Shown piece after piece: positions 27,742 to 35,494 of a stretch of 64,000 nt of DNA (position 1 is the stretch's first letter; each line of letters starts with the position of its first letter). Below the pieces are notes generated by a model that was given only the letters and a program-made list of their open reading frames with translations, made no database searches and was not told where the DNA came from. This DNA comes from Acidimicrobiales bacterium (GTDB lineage: Bacteria > Actinomycetota > Acidimicrobiia > Acidimicrobiales > JAJPHD01), in contig JAVKSL010000004.1 of the NCBI GenBank assembly GCA_039583695.1, positions 10,543-74,542 of the forward strand. Reading direction: 5' to 3'. A program made the position numbers and the translations under genes.

Positions 27742-28652
27742 GAGTCCGTCCGATCCTCGCCGCTGGCGCGCTGTCCAGCCTGGCCCTGGTGGCCGCGGCG
27801 TGCGGCACCACCACGACAACGCCGGCTGGCGGCACCACCACCTCCTCGCCCAATGGCACGACCCCCAAGGGCTCCGGGCCAGTCAACGTCGCCTACGCAG
27901 CGTCCCTCGAGGACACCATGAACAACGCGATCGGCCCTGCGTTCAACCAGGCCACCGGGTACACCTTCGTCGGCTTCCCAGGCGGATCCACTGCCCTGGA
28001 GCACGATATCAGCGGCAAGGTGAAGCAGGAGGACGTGTTCATCAGCGCCTCGCGCAAGGCGGACATCGGCCTCGAGGGTGCGTCCAACGGCAACTGGGTC
28101 TCGTGGTATGCCACCTTCGCCACCACTAAGCTGGTGCTGGGCTACAACCCCAGGAGCCGCTTCGCCAGCCAGCTCAAGACCAAGCCGTGGTACCAGGTGG
28201 TCGGGCAGTCCGGATTCAGGCTCGGGTTCACCAATCCGGCAACCGACCCCAAGGGCGTGCTCGCGGTCGCTGCCCTCGACACCGCGGCCACCAGGTACAA
28301 CGAGCCAGCACTGAAGACCATCGCCAAAGATGTCAACGACCAGTACCCCGAGTCCGCCCTGGTTGGCCGGCTGCAGTCTGGCGAGCTCGATGCAGGATTT
28401 TTCTACACAGTCGAGGCCACTGCCGCCAACCTCACGACAGTGTCTCTGGACCCGGTCGCCGAGACCGGTCCCTACACGATCACAGTGCTGAAGCGTGCGC
28501 CAAACGCGGCCGGGGCGAACGCGTTCGTCGAGTTCCTGCTCAGCACCCAGGGTCAGTCGCTGTTGACCCAGCTAAAGCTGACCGTCACCAACCCGCCACA
28601 GGTGGTCGGCAGCCCCCCCACGGCGCTTAGCTCGGTGCTGCCCTCCTCTTGA
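27738..28652 (+). CDS. modA: Molybdate/tungstate ABC substrate-binding lipoprotein
   Basis: Lipobox AAAC, YAASL, GGST, DVFISA, DPKG; operon context. Confidence 0.85.
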   Translation: MRVRPILAAGALSSLALVAAACGTTTTTPAGGTTTSSPNGTTPKGSGPVNVAYAASLEDTMNNAIGPAFNQATGYTFVGFPGGSTALEHDISGKVKQEDVFISASRKADIGLEGASNGNWVSWYATFATTKLVLGYNPRSRFASQLKTKPWYQVVGQSGFRLGFTNPATDPKGVLAVAALDTAATRYNEPALKTIAKDVNDQYPESALVGRLQSGELDAGFFYTVEATAANLTTVSLDPVAETGPYTITVLKRAPNAAGANAFVEFLLSTQGQSLLTQLKLTVTNPPQVVGSPPTALSSVLPSS

Positions 28653-30805
28653 TCCGCAAAGCCTCACCAGGCTCCCCGAGCCGCTACGAGGGCGGTTACG
28701 GGGCCTCCCGGGGGCTGGGGGGCCTTCGGCGCAGCCCGCTGCCGTGGTTGGGGGGGTTGCTCGGCCTCTACCTGCTCGTTCCCATTGCCGCCCAACTCTG
28801 GCGGGTCACCTCCAACGTCGGAGTGAGCGAACCAACCGCAGGATTGGGCTCGGCCCTCGCCATCTCGATGCTCACGGCCACAATATCGTCTGCGATAATC
28901 GCCCTGCTCGGCATCCCGCTGGCCTGGACCCTGTCCCAGGCCCGGGGCCGCGCCTGGGAGATCATCGGCGTGGCGGTGCAGCTTCCCCTGGCGCTGCCCC
29001 CACTGATGAGCGGGATACTCCTGGTCGAGCTGTTCGGGCCGTACCGCTTTGTCGGTCAGCTTTTCGGGGGCCGCCTGACCACGACCGCGGCAGGGATCGT
29101 GCTGGCGCAGACCTTCGTCGCTTCTCCCTTCTTGGTGATTGCGGCTCGCTCTGCCTTCTCCAGCATCGACCCCGGGTTGCTGGAGATGGCGTCCACGCTC
29201 GGACATCGGAGCTGGTCAAGATTTGGGCGGGTCAGCCTTCCGTTGGCAGCTCCGGGCATACGAGCCGGCTTGCTGTTGACCTGGTTGAGGGCATTCGGCG
29301 AGTTCGGCGCCACGGAGATCGTGGCGTACCACCCGTACTCGCTGCCGGTGTTCACCTTCGTGCAGTTCGACGCCACCGGCCTGCCAGCCACCCTGGCTCC
29401 AACCGGAGCGGCGATCCTGGCAGCCATCGTGGTCCTGGCGCTGGCGCGCTGGCGGCCCCTGCGCTGGATCTGGGCGCAGTGGGGCCCGAAGGGGCGTGCC
29501 GGTGCGGCCCTGGTAGAGCGAGGCCCGGGGGGGCGCGGCCTGGCGGCGCTGGGGATGGGCCTGGCCGGGATCAAAGTGTCGGGGAGGAACGACTCGGCGA
29601 CCCCGCAATGGGCTGGCGAAGGCACCGGACACGGGGCCGGCAGCATGGGGGCCGGCAGCATGGGGGCCGGCAGCATGGGGGCACCGACCCCGGGCGCTGG
29701 CGCGGCTGGCCGAACTGCCACCGGCCGGCCCCCAAAGCTGGCCTTTGACCTGGACACCCGGCTCGGAAACTTCGAGCTGCGACTCGAGCACCGCTGCAGT
29801 GCGCCTCACCTGGCAATCCTGGGACCTTCCGGGGCCGGCAAGTCTCTCACCCTGCGATGCCTCGCCGGGCTGCGGGGCCCCAAGGTCGGGACCGTAAAGC
29901 TCGGTGAGCGCAGGCTCGGCGCCCTCGCTCCTGAGGATCGCCGGATCGGCTGGGTACCGCAGGACTCCGCTCTGTTCCCTCACCTGAGCGTCTGGCGCCA
30001 GCTCACATTCGGTGTCGGAACCGACCCTGCCCTGGCAAAGCAGTGGATCGTGCGCCTGGGCCTGTGCGGCCTCGAAGACCGGCTGCCCCACCAGCTCTCC
30101 GGCGGCCAGCGCCAACGCGTTGCCCTGGCCCGGGCCCTGGCCCGCGCTCCCGACATCATCCTGCTCGACGAGCCTTTCTCCGCACTGGACAAGCCAGTCA
30201 GAGACCAGCTCCGTCGTGAGCTGCGTCGCCTCCAGGCAGAGATCGGCATCGCCACCGTGCTGGTGACCCACGACCCCGAGGAGGCCGCCATCTTGGCCGA
30301 CGAGGTCATCATCATCGACAACGGTCGATCCCTGCAGGCGGGCACCAGGGAAGTTGTCTTCAGGCGGCCCGCCTCGCCCCAGGTGGCCCGCCTGCTGGGG
30401 ATCGAAAACCTGCGCACGGGCACGATGCTGAGCCCGACCATCCTTATGAGCCACGGAGCTCACCTTTGCGTATCCGACGTCGGCATAGCACCGGGCTCGC
30501 CGATCACCTGGTGCATCCGCTCGGAGCATCTGTTGGTGAGGCCCGAGTCAGACACCGAGCTGATCAGGGGAACTTACGGCGCAACGGTGTTGGAAGTGCT
30601 GGACCTGGGCTGCCAACGCGAGGTGAGCGTGCAACTCGACGGTGGGTTGGAGCTGACTGCGACAACTCTCGGAGACTATGACCTGGCGCCCGGCCAGGGC
30701 TGTAACATCGCGATCCCCCCCGGGGCAGTCAGCCTGTGGTCGGCCCAAGTCGACGAGCTCACGGTCGACTCACCCAAGCCGAGCGGGGCCGCTATGCCAA
30801 CCTGA
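28649..30805 (+). CDS. Fused molybdate ABC permease + ATPase (ModB-ModC)
   Basis: LPLALPP and RAFGEFGAT (ModB), then GPSGAGKS, LSGGQRQR, DEPFSALD and TOBE in one frame. Confidence 0.88.
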   Translation: MIRKASPGSPSRYEGGYGASRGLGGLRRSPLPWLGGLLGLYLLVPIAAQLWRVTSNVGVSEPTAGLGSALAISMLTATISSAIIALLGIPLAWTLSQARGRAWEIIGVAVQLPLALPPLMSGILLVELFGPYRFVGQLFGGRLTTTAAGIVLAQTFVASPFLVIAARSAFSSIDPGLLEMASTLGHRSWSRFGRVSLPLAAPGIRAGLLLTWLRAFGEFGATEIVAYHPYSLPVFTFVQFDATGLPATLAPTGAAILAAIVVLALARWRPLRWIWAQWGPKGRAGAALVERGPGGRGLAALGMGLAGIKVSGRNDSATPQWAGEGTGHGAGSMGAGSMGAGSMGAPTPGAGAAGRTATGRPPKLAFDLDTRLGNFELRLEHRCSAPHLAILGPSGAGKSLTLRCLAGLRGPKVGTVKLGERRLGALAPEDRRIGWVPQDSALFPHLSVWRQLTFGVGTDPALAKQWIVRLGLCGLEDRLPHQLSGGQRQRVALARALARAPDIILLDEPFSALDKPVRDQLRRELRRLQAEIGIATVLVTHDPEEAAILADEVIIIDNGRSLQAGTREVVFRRPASPQVARLLGIENLRTGTMLSPTILMSHGAHLCVSDVGIAPGSPITWCIRSEHLLVRPESDTELIRGTYGATVLEVLDLGCQREVSVQLDGGLELTATTLGDYDLAPGQGCNIAIPPGAVSLWSAQVDELTVDSPKPSGAAMPT

Positions 30806-30863
30806 GGCGTTCTTGTCGTGATGACGAACCAAAAACGCAAACCATCGTGACAAGAGTGCCTTT
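30806..30863 (+). terminator. 18-bp stem-loop after the mod operon
   Basis: ggcgttcttgtcgtgatg pairs with catcgtgacaagagtgcc (all four non-WC pairs are G-U), then ttt. Confidence 0.65.
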
Positions 30864-30899
30864 GCGTCACACTTTCGGACGCCGCAGCCGGCCCGACAG

Positions 30900-30946
30900 C
30901 CTGCGCCCACCGGCCTGCGCCCACCGGCCTGCGCCCACCGGCCTGC
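30900..30946. repeat. 14-bp tandem repeat x3
   Basis: cctgcgcccaccgg repeated three times between convergent genes. Confidence 0.85.
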
Positions 30947-30953
30947 CAGGTCC

Positions 30954-32777
30954 TCAGCCCACAGTGACGCTCTTGGCCAGGTTGCGCGGGTGGTCAATGT
31001 CACGGCCAAGGTGACGAGCCACGTGGTAGGCCAGCAGCTGGAGTGGGATCGTCAGCAGGATCGGATCCAGCTCGGGCTCGTTACGGGGAACCGTGATGAC
31101 ATGATCGAACAGCGACGCGTCCAGCTCTCCTGCTTCGGTCGCCACCCCCACCACTGGCCCGCCGCGAGCACAGATCTCGGCGATCGTCGATAGGTTCTTC
31201 GCCCGCAGCTCATCCGCTGGCAGGACGGCCACGGTGGGCAGCTCAGGGCTGATCAGCGCCAGCGGTCCGTGTTTGAGCTCGGAGGCCGGATAGGCCTCGG
31301 CGTGAATGTAAGAGACCTCCTTGAGCTTCTGCGCCCCCTCTCTGGCAACCGGCCAGGCTGTCCCCCTCCCGACGAACATCACGCTGGATGCGCTGGCCAC
31401 CTGCTCGGCAATCACCGAGATGTGGCCCTCGCCTTGCAGGATCTCCGCCGCCTGGCTCGGCAGGCGGCGCAACCCGTCCAGCAGACGGCGCCCATCGGCG
31501 GGACCCAGGTCGCGCACCCGGCCCAGGTGCAGGGCGAGCAGGGCCAGGGCCACCCCGGTCGAGGTGAACGACTTCGTGGAGGTGACCGAGCACTCTGGCC
31601 CGGCGTGAAGGTAGATGCCTCCCTCACACGCACGGGCGAGCGAGCTGCCCACCACGTTCACCACGCCCAACACCCTGGCTCCGCGCCGGGCCAGCTCCTC
31701 GACGGCAGCAAGGGTGTCGTAGGTCTCGCCCGACTGGCTGATGGCGACGTAGAGGGTGTCCGGCTCGATCACCGGGTTTCGGTGACGGTACTCCCCCGCC
31801 GGTTCCGCCTCAGCTGGCATCCGGGCGAGGCTCTCGATCAGGTTGGCCCCGAGCGCTCCGGCGTAGTACGCCGAGCCGCACCCGAGAAGGCGAACCCGGC
31901 GGAACTGGCGGGCAGCGCGGGCGTCCAGGTCCAGCCCGCCGAGCACCACCGAGGAGAACCGCTCGTCGATGCGCCCCCGCAACGACCGCTCCAGCACGGT
32001 GGGTTGCTCGTGGATCTCCTTGTGCATGAAATCAGCGTGCCCGTCGGCGTCGTAGTGACCCGACTCGGCCTCAACAGTTATCGGCAGCCGGGTGGTCACC
32101 CGGTCGTCGAGGGTGCTGGAGCGATAGCCGTCCCGGGTGAGCACCGCCAGCTCACCGTCCTCCAGATGCACCACCTGCTGGGTGAAGCGCACGAGGGCCG
32201 CCACGTCGGAAGCCACCAGGGTCTCGTGGTCACCGATGCCGAGGACCACAGAGCTACCATTTCGTGCTGCGACGATGCGATCAGGGTGCCTGGCGTCCAC
32301 GACGGCCAGCCCGTAGGTCCCTTCGACCATCGACAGGGCCTCGCGCACCGCGTCCTCCAGGCGCTCGGCACCCGAACGGGCGATCAGGTGAGCAAGCACC
32401 TCGGAGTCGGTCTCCGAGGTGAACACCACGCCCTCGACCTCGAGCTTGGCGCGCAGCTCGGCGGCATTCTCGAATATGCCGTTGTGCACGATGGCGATGC
32501 GACCACTTACGTCGGTGTGTGGATGTGCGTTGGCGTCGGTGGGCGCCCCGTGCGTGGCCCAGCGGGTGTGAGCAATGCCTGCATGACCGCCGACGCGGGC
32601 CGGCAGGCGAGCCTCGAGGTCGCGCACCCGCCCGGCGACCTTGTGAACTCGCAGGCGGCCGCCTCCCGCGACGGCCAGGCCGGCGGAGTCGTAGCCCCGG
32701 TACTCGAGGCGACGGAGCCCGTCGATCAGGACAGGAACTACTGGTTGGCCGCCTATGTAGCCGACAATGCCGCACAT
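30954..32777 (-). CDS. glmS: Glutamine--fructose-6-phosphate transaminase
   Basis: MCGIVG, LEYRGYDSAG, HTRWATHG, SQSGET, ELKHGP, PRNLAKSVT. Confidence 0.97.
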   Translation of the reverse strand: MCGIVGYIGGQPVVPVLIDGLRRLEYRGYDSAGLAVAGGGRLRVHKVAGRVRDLEARLPARVGGHAGIAHTRWATHGAPTDANAHPHTDVSGRIAIVHNGIFENAAELRAKLEVEGVVFTSETDSEVLAHLIARSGAERLEDAVREALSMVEGTYGLAVVDARHPDRIVAARNGSSVVLGIGDHETLVASDVAALVRFTQQVVHLEDGELAVLTRDGYRSSTLDDRVTTRLPITVEAESGHYDADGHADFMHKEIHEQPTVLERSLRGRIDERFSSVVLGGLDLDARAARQFRRVRLLGCGSAYYAGALGANLIESLARMPAEAEPAGEYRHRNPVIEPDTLYVAISQSGETYDTLAAVEELARRGARVLGVVNVVGSSLARACEGGIYLHAGPECSVTSTKSFTSTGVALALLALHLGRVRDLGPADGRRLLDGLRRLPSQAAEILQGEGHISVIAEQVASASSVMFVGRGTAWPVAREGAQKLKEVSYIHAEAYPASELKHGPLALISPELPTVAVLPADELRAKNLSTIAEICARGGPVVGVATEAGELDASLFDHVITVPRNEPELDPILLTIPLQLLAYHVARHLGRDIDHPRNLAKSVTVG

Positions 32778-32797
32778 GTTTAGGATTGTCCTTTCGG

Positions 32798-33079
32798 TCA
32801 GCCGTACACGATACGGCGAAGCTGGCGTAGCGAGAGGCGGGGCGGAGCGACTAGGCGGTGCTCCAGCTCAGCCGAGATCTGCGTGAATATGGCCGGGTTG
32901 GTCAGGCCGGCCGCCTGCAGCTCCCGGTGGCGGCGGCGCACCAGCACCTCGATGGTCTCGGCAAAATACGCCGTCACCTCGGCCACCACCCGGGCCGCCT
33001 CCCCCCGGTCGAGGGCGGTGGTATGGACCAAGCGGCTCACGAGGTCCTGGTGGGTAGGTTGCAGTGCTAGGACGCTCAC
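32798..33079 (-). CDS. Small helical hypothetical protein co-transcribed with glmS
   Basis: 93 aa ending RRRHRELQ...LSLRQLRRIVYG; TTGCAC-17nt-CATAGT-7nt-GTG promoter. Confidence 0.75.
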   Translation of the reverse strand: MSVLALQPTHQDLVSRLVHTTALDRGEAARVVAEVTAYFAETIEVLVRRRHRELQAAGLTNPAIFTQISAELEHRLVAPPRLSLRQLRRIVYG

Positions 33080-33113
33080 CCACTCAACTATGCCATGCTC
33101 TCGGTCCAAGTGC

Positions 33114-33145
33114 AACTATTTTGCCCGAATCCGGGCAAAATAGTT
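33114..33145. promoter_or_regulatory. Perfect inverted repeat (14-bp arms): operator or terminator
   Basis: aactattttgcccg-aatc-cgggcaaaatagtt, between the aroE stop and the -35 of the next promoter. Confidence 0.7.
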
Positions 33146-34047
33146 CAGATATCGGCGGCTGCCGCGGCGGCACGCATCGCATCCAGGGGTGCGCTCTGAG
33201 CAGTCCAGAGCCGAAAAGAGTGGGCAGCCTGGTGCACCAGCATCCCCAGCCCGCCAACTGCGATTGCTCCGCGTGCCGCTGCAGCCTCCACCAGCGGGGT
33301 GCGTCGCGGGTGATAGACCAGGTCCACCAGCACCTGGCCCGGTCCGAGGCGCTCGACCGGCACAGCCAGCAGCCCGGTCAGGGCCGACTCGGTCGCTGCC
33401 CCAGCCATCCCGAGCGGGGCCGACTCGGTCGCTGCCCCAGCCATGCCGAGCGGCGTGGCGTTCACCACCAGGTCCACCCCCTCGACCTCCTCGGCGACAC
33501 CGACCCGACCGATCCCGCCTGCCAGGGCCACGGCAGCCTCAGCCCGGTGGCGGCTCCGGTTGACCACCACCACCGACGCCGCCCCAGCCGAGGCAAGCGC
33601 CAGGACAACTGCCCGCGCTGAGCCGCCGGCACCCACCACCAGACAGCTCCGACCAGCAGGATCGAAGCCCTCGTCCAACCGGAGCGCATCGAGGAACCCC
33701 GACCCGTCGGTGCTCTCCCCCACCAGCTCCTCGCCCACCCGGACCACGGTGTTGAGCGCGCCCAGCGCTGCCGCCGTGGGACTCAACCGGTCCAGGTGAG
33801 GAAGCACCGCGGCCTTGTGGGGCATCGTGACGTTCAATCCCTCGAGACCGAGTGCCCGAGCACCCGCCACTGCTGCTCCCACCCCGCCCGCCGCTACAGG
33901 CAGTGCAACGTAGACCCAATCGAGGCCCAGAGCCGCAAAGGCCGCGTTGTGAAGCACTGGAGACAACGAGTGGCGAACCGGATCCCCGATGACCCCAACC
34001 AGTCGCGTAATGCCAGTGGGCCAAGAGCCAGTGGACCGCTCGGTCAA
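33145..34047 (-). CDS. aroE: Shikimate dehydrogenase
   Basis: HSLSP, NVTMPHK, NT, TDG.GF, GAGGSA, NATPLGM, DLVYHP; 36-bp in-frame duplication (PLGMAGAATESA x2). Confidence 0.93.
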   Translation of the reverse strand: MTERSTGSWPTGITRLVGVIGDPVRHSLSPVLHNAAFAALGLDWVYVALPVAAGGVGAAVAGARALGLEGLNVTMPHKAAVLPHLDRLSPTAAALGALNTVVRVGEELVGESTDGSGFLDALRLDEGFDPAGRSCLVVGAGGSARAVVLALASAGAASVVVVNRSRHRAEAAVALAGGIGRVGVAEEVEGVDLVVNATPLGMAGAATESAPLGMAGAATESALTGLLAVPVERLGPGQVLVDLVYHPRRTPLVEAAAARGAIAVGGLGMLVHQAAHSFRLWTAQSAPLDAMRAAAAAADI

Positions 34048-35063
34048 GAAAGACCCAGGCTCTGCGCCTTGGCCTCGTTGGCCAGCTGGCAGGAGTAGCT
34101 ATGACAAAACGCCTCTGCACCGTCCTGATTTACAACCACGAAGTAGAGCCAGTTGCCCGGTGTCGGGTGCAGGGCGGCATCCAGGGCCTCGATCCCCGGA
34201 GAGGCGATTGGGGTCGGGGGAAGGCCCTTCACCTCGTAGCTGTTATAAGGGGAGTTGGGATCGACGTACTTCGCGTCCTGGGTGAGGGGTTTGCCCCCGT
34301 TTGCGTATACCACCGTGGCATCGATATCCAACGCCATCCCTTGAGCCAGACGGTTGTAGATGACCCGGGCGACCTTGGCCATGTCAGTTGGAGCGTTGGC
34401 CTCCTTGATGACCAGCGACGCCACGATCACCGCCTGGTATGGGGTGACCCCGACCTTGGCCGCCCCCTGGGCCAAGTTGATCGAGGTCGCCTCCTGGTCG
34501 AACGCGCTCACCATCATCTGCAGTATTGCCTGGTCGGACGTGCTGGCGGGAAAGGAGTAGGTGGCAGGAAACAACAGACCCTCCAGATTGTCCGCACCGC
34601 CAGGTTCGTACGGCGAGGTGACCTGGCCGCTCCTTGCCTCGGCCAAGAACCCCGAAGCGCTATGCCCCGGGATCTGGCCCACCCTGGCGGCTATCTGAGC
34701 CAGCGAGAAGCCCTCCGGGATGACCAGGTGAACCAGCGGGGGCCCCTTGGACAGCGTCGACAAGATCTGAGCGTAAGGCTCATGGCGAGCAAGCACGTAA
34801 GTCCCCGCATCTATCGTCGGCGCTCCGTGCGCACGAAGATAGTTCCGGAAGACAAAGGTGCTGCCAATCACCCCATCCTTGGACAGGGTCGGGGCCAGGG
34901 ACGACAGACCCTCACCGGCCGGCACCACCACGGTGACCGGTGCGCCCCCCGCCGACGAGCGAACCTGGCCGAGCACCCAGGCCCAGGTGCCGCCCGCGAG
35001 GCCGATAAGCAGGGCGAGCACGCCAAGACCCACGTAAAGACCCCGTCGATGAGCCTTCCTCAC
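34044..35063 (-). CDS. mltG: Endolytic transglycosylase
   Basis: IPEGF, LEGLLFPATY, ASLV.KEA, VIYNRL, SPYNSY..GLPPTPI; canonical order after ruvX. Confidence 0.92.
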   Translation of the reverse strand: MRKAHRRGLYVGLGVLALLIGLAGGTWAWVLGQVRSSAGGAPVTVVVPAGEGLSSLAPTLSKDGVIGSTFVFRNYLRAHGAPTIDAGTYVLARHEPYAQILSTLSKGPPLVHLVIPEGFSLAQIAARVGQIPGHSASGFLAEARSGQVTSPYEPGGADNLEGLLFPATYSFPASTSDQAILQMMVSAFDQEATSINLAQGAAKVGVTPYQAVIVASLVIKEANAPTDMAKVARVIYNRLAQGMALDIDATVVYANGGKPLTQDAKYVDPNSPYNSYEVKGLPPTPIASPGIEALDAALHPTPGNWLYFVVVNQDGAEAFCHSYSCQLANEAKAQSLGLS

Positions 35064-35494
35064 GACGCGGCACCACCACTGAACAAACGCCGGTCCAGCC
35101 AGGCCTGCAAGAGCACTGCGGCGGCAGCGCTGTCGATAACTACCCTCTGGTGCCGGGAGCGCCGCCCGGCAACCTGCATCCCCCTCGCTGCGCTCACCGT
35201 CGAGAGTCGCTCGTCGCAAACCTCGACCGGCACCCCCAAGGCGGCGCGCAGCGAGGCGGCCTCGGACATGGCCGCCCGAGCCGCTGGACCCATGCGACCA
35301 TCCATCGACAGCGGCAAGCCAACAACCAGCACCTCGGCCCCCGTCTCGGCCACCAGCGCCGCAATCGCAGCTTGATCTCTCACCAGATTCCCCGATCTCA
35401 CGATGGTTGTGTAGGGGGACGCGAGGGTCCCCCGGCTGTCGCTCAGCGCCACACCGATCCTTACCGAGCCCAGGTCCAGCCCGAGGGCCTTCAC
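35060..35494 (-). CDS. ruvX: Holliday junction resolvase-like / pre-16S rRNA nuclease YqgF
   Basis: GLDLGSVRIGVALSD, VGLP, DERLST, DSAAAAVLLQ. Confidence 0.93.
   Translation of the reverse strand: MKALGLDLGSVRIGVALSDSRGTLASPYTTIVRSGNLVRDQAAIAALVAETGAEVLVVGLPLSMDGRMGPAARAAMSEAASLRAALGVPVEVCDERLSTVSAARGMQVAGRRSRHQRVVIDSAAAAVLLQAWLDRRLFSGGAAS

Noticed and set aside
6960-30946. Short repeat clusters (6960, 21738, 30900) as CRISPR arrays
   Set aside because: Units are contiguous tandem copies with no unique spacers, and there are no cas genes
32778-33145. glmS ribozyme
   Set aside because: The upstream space is occupied by a protein-coding gene and no ribozyme core is recognisable
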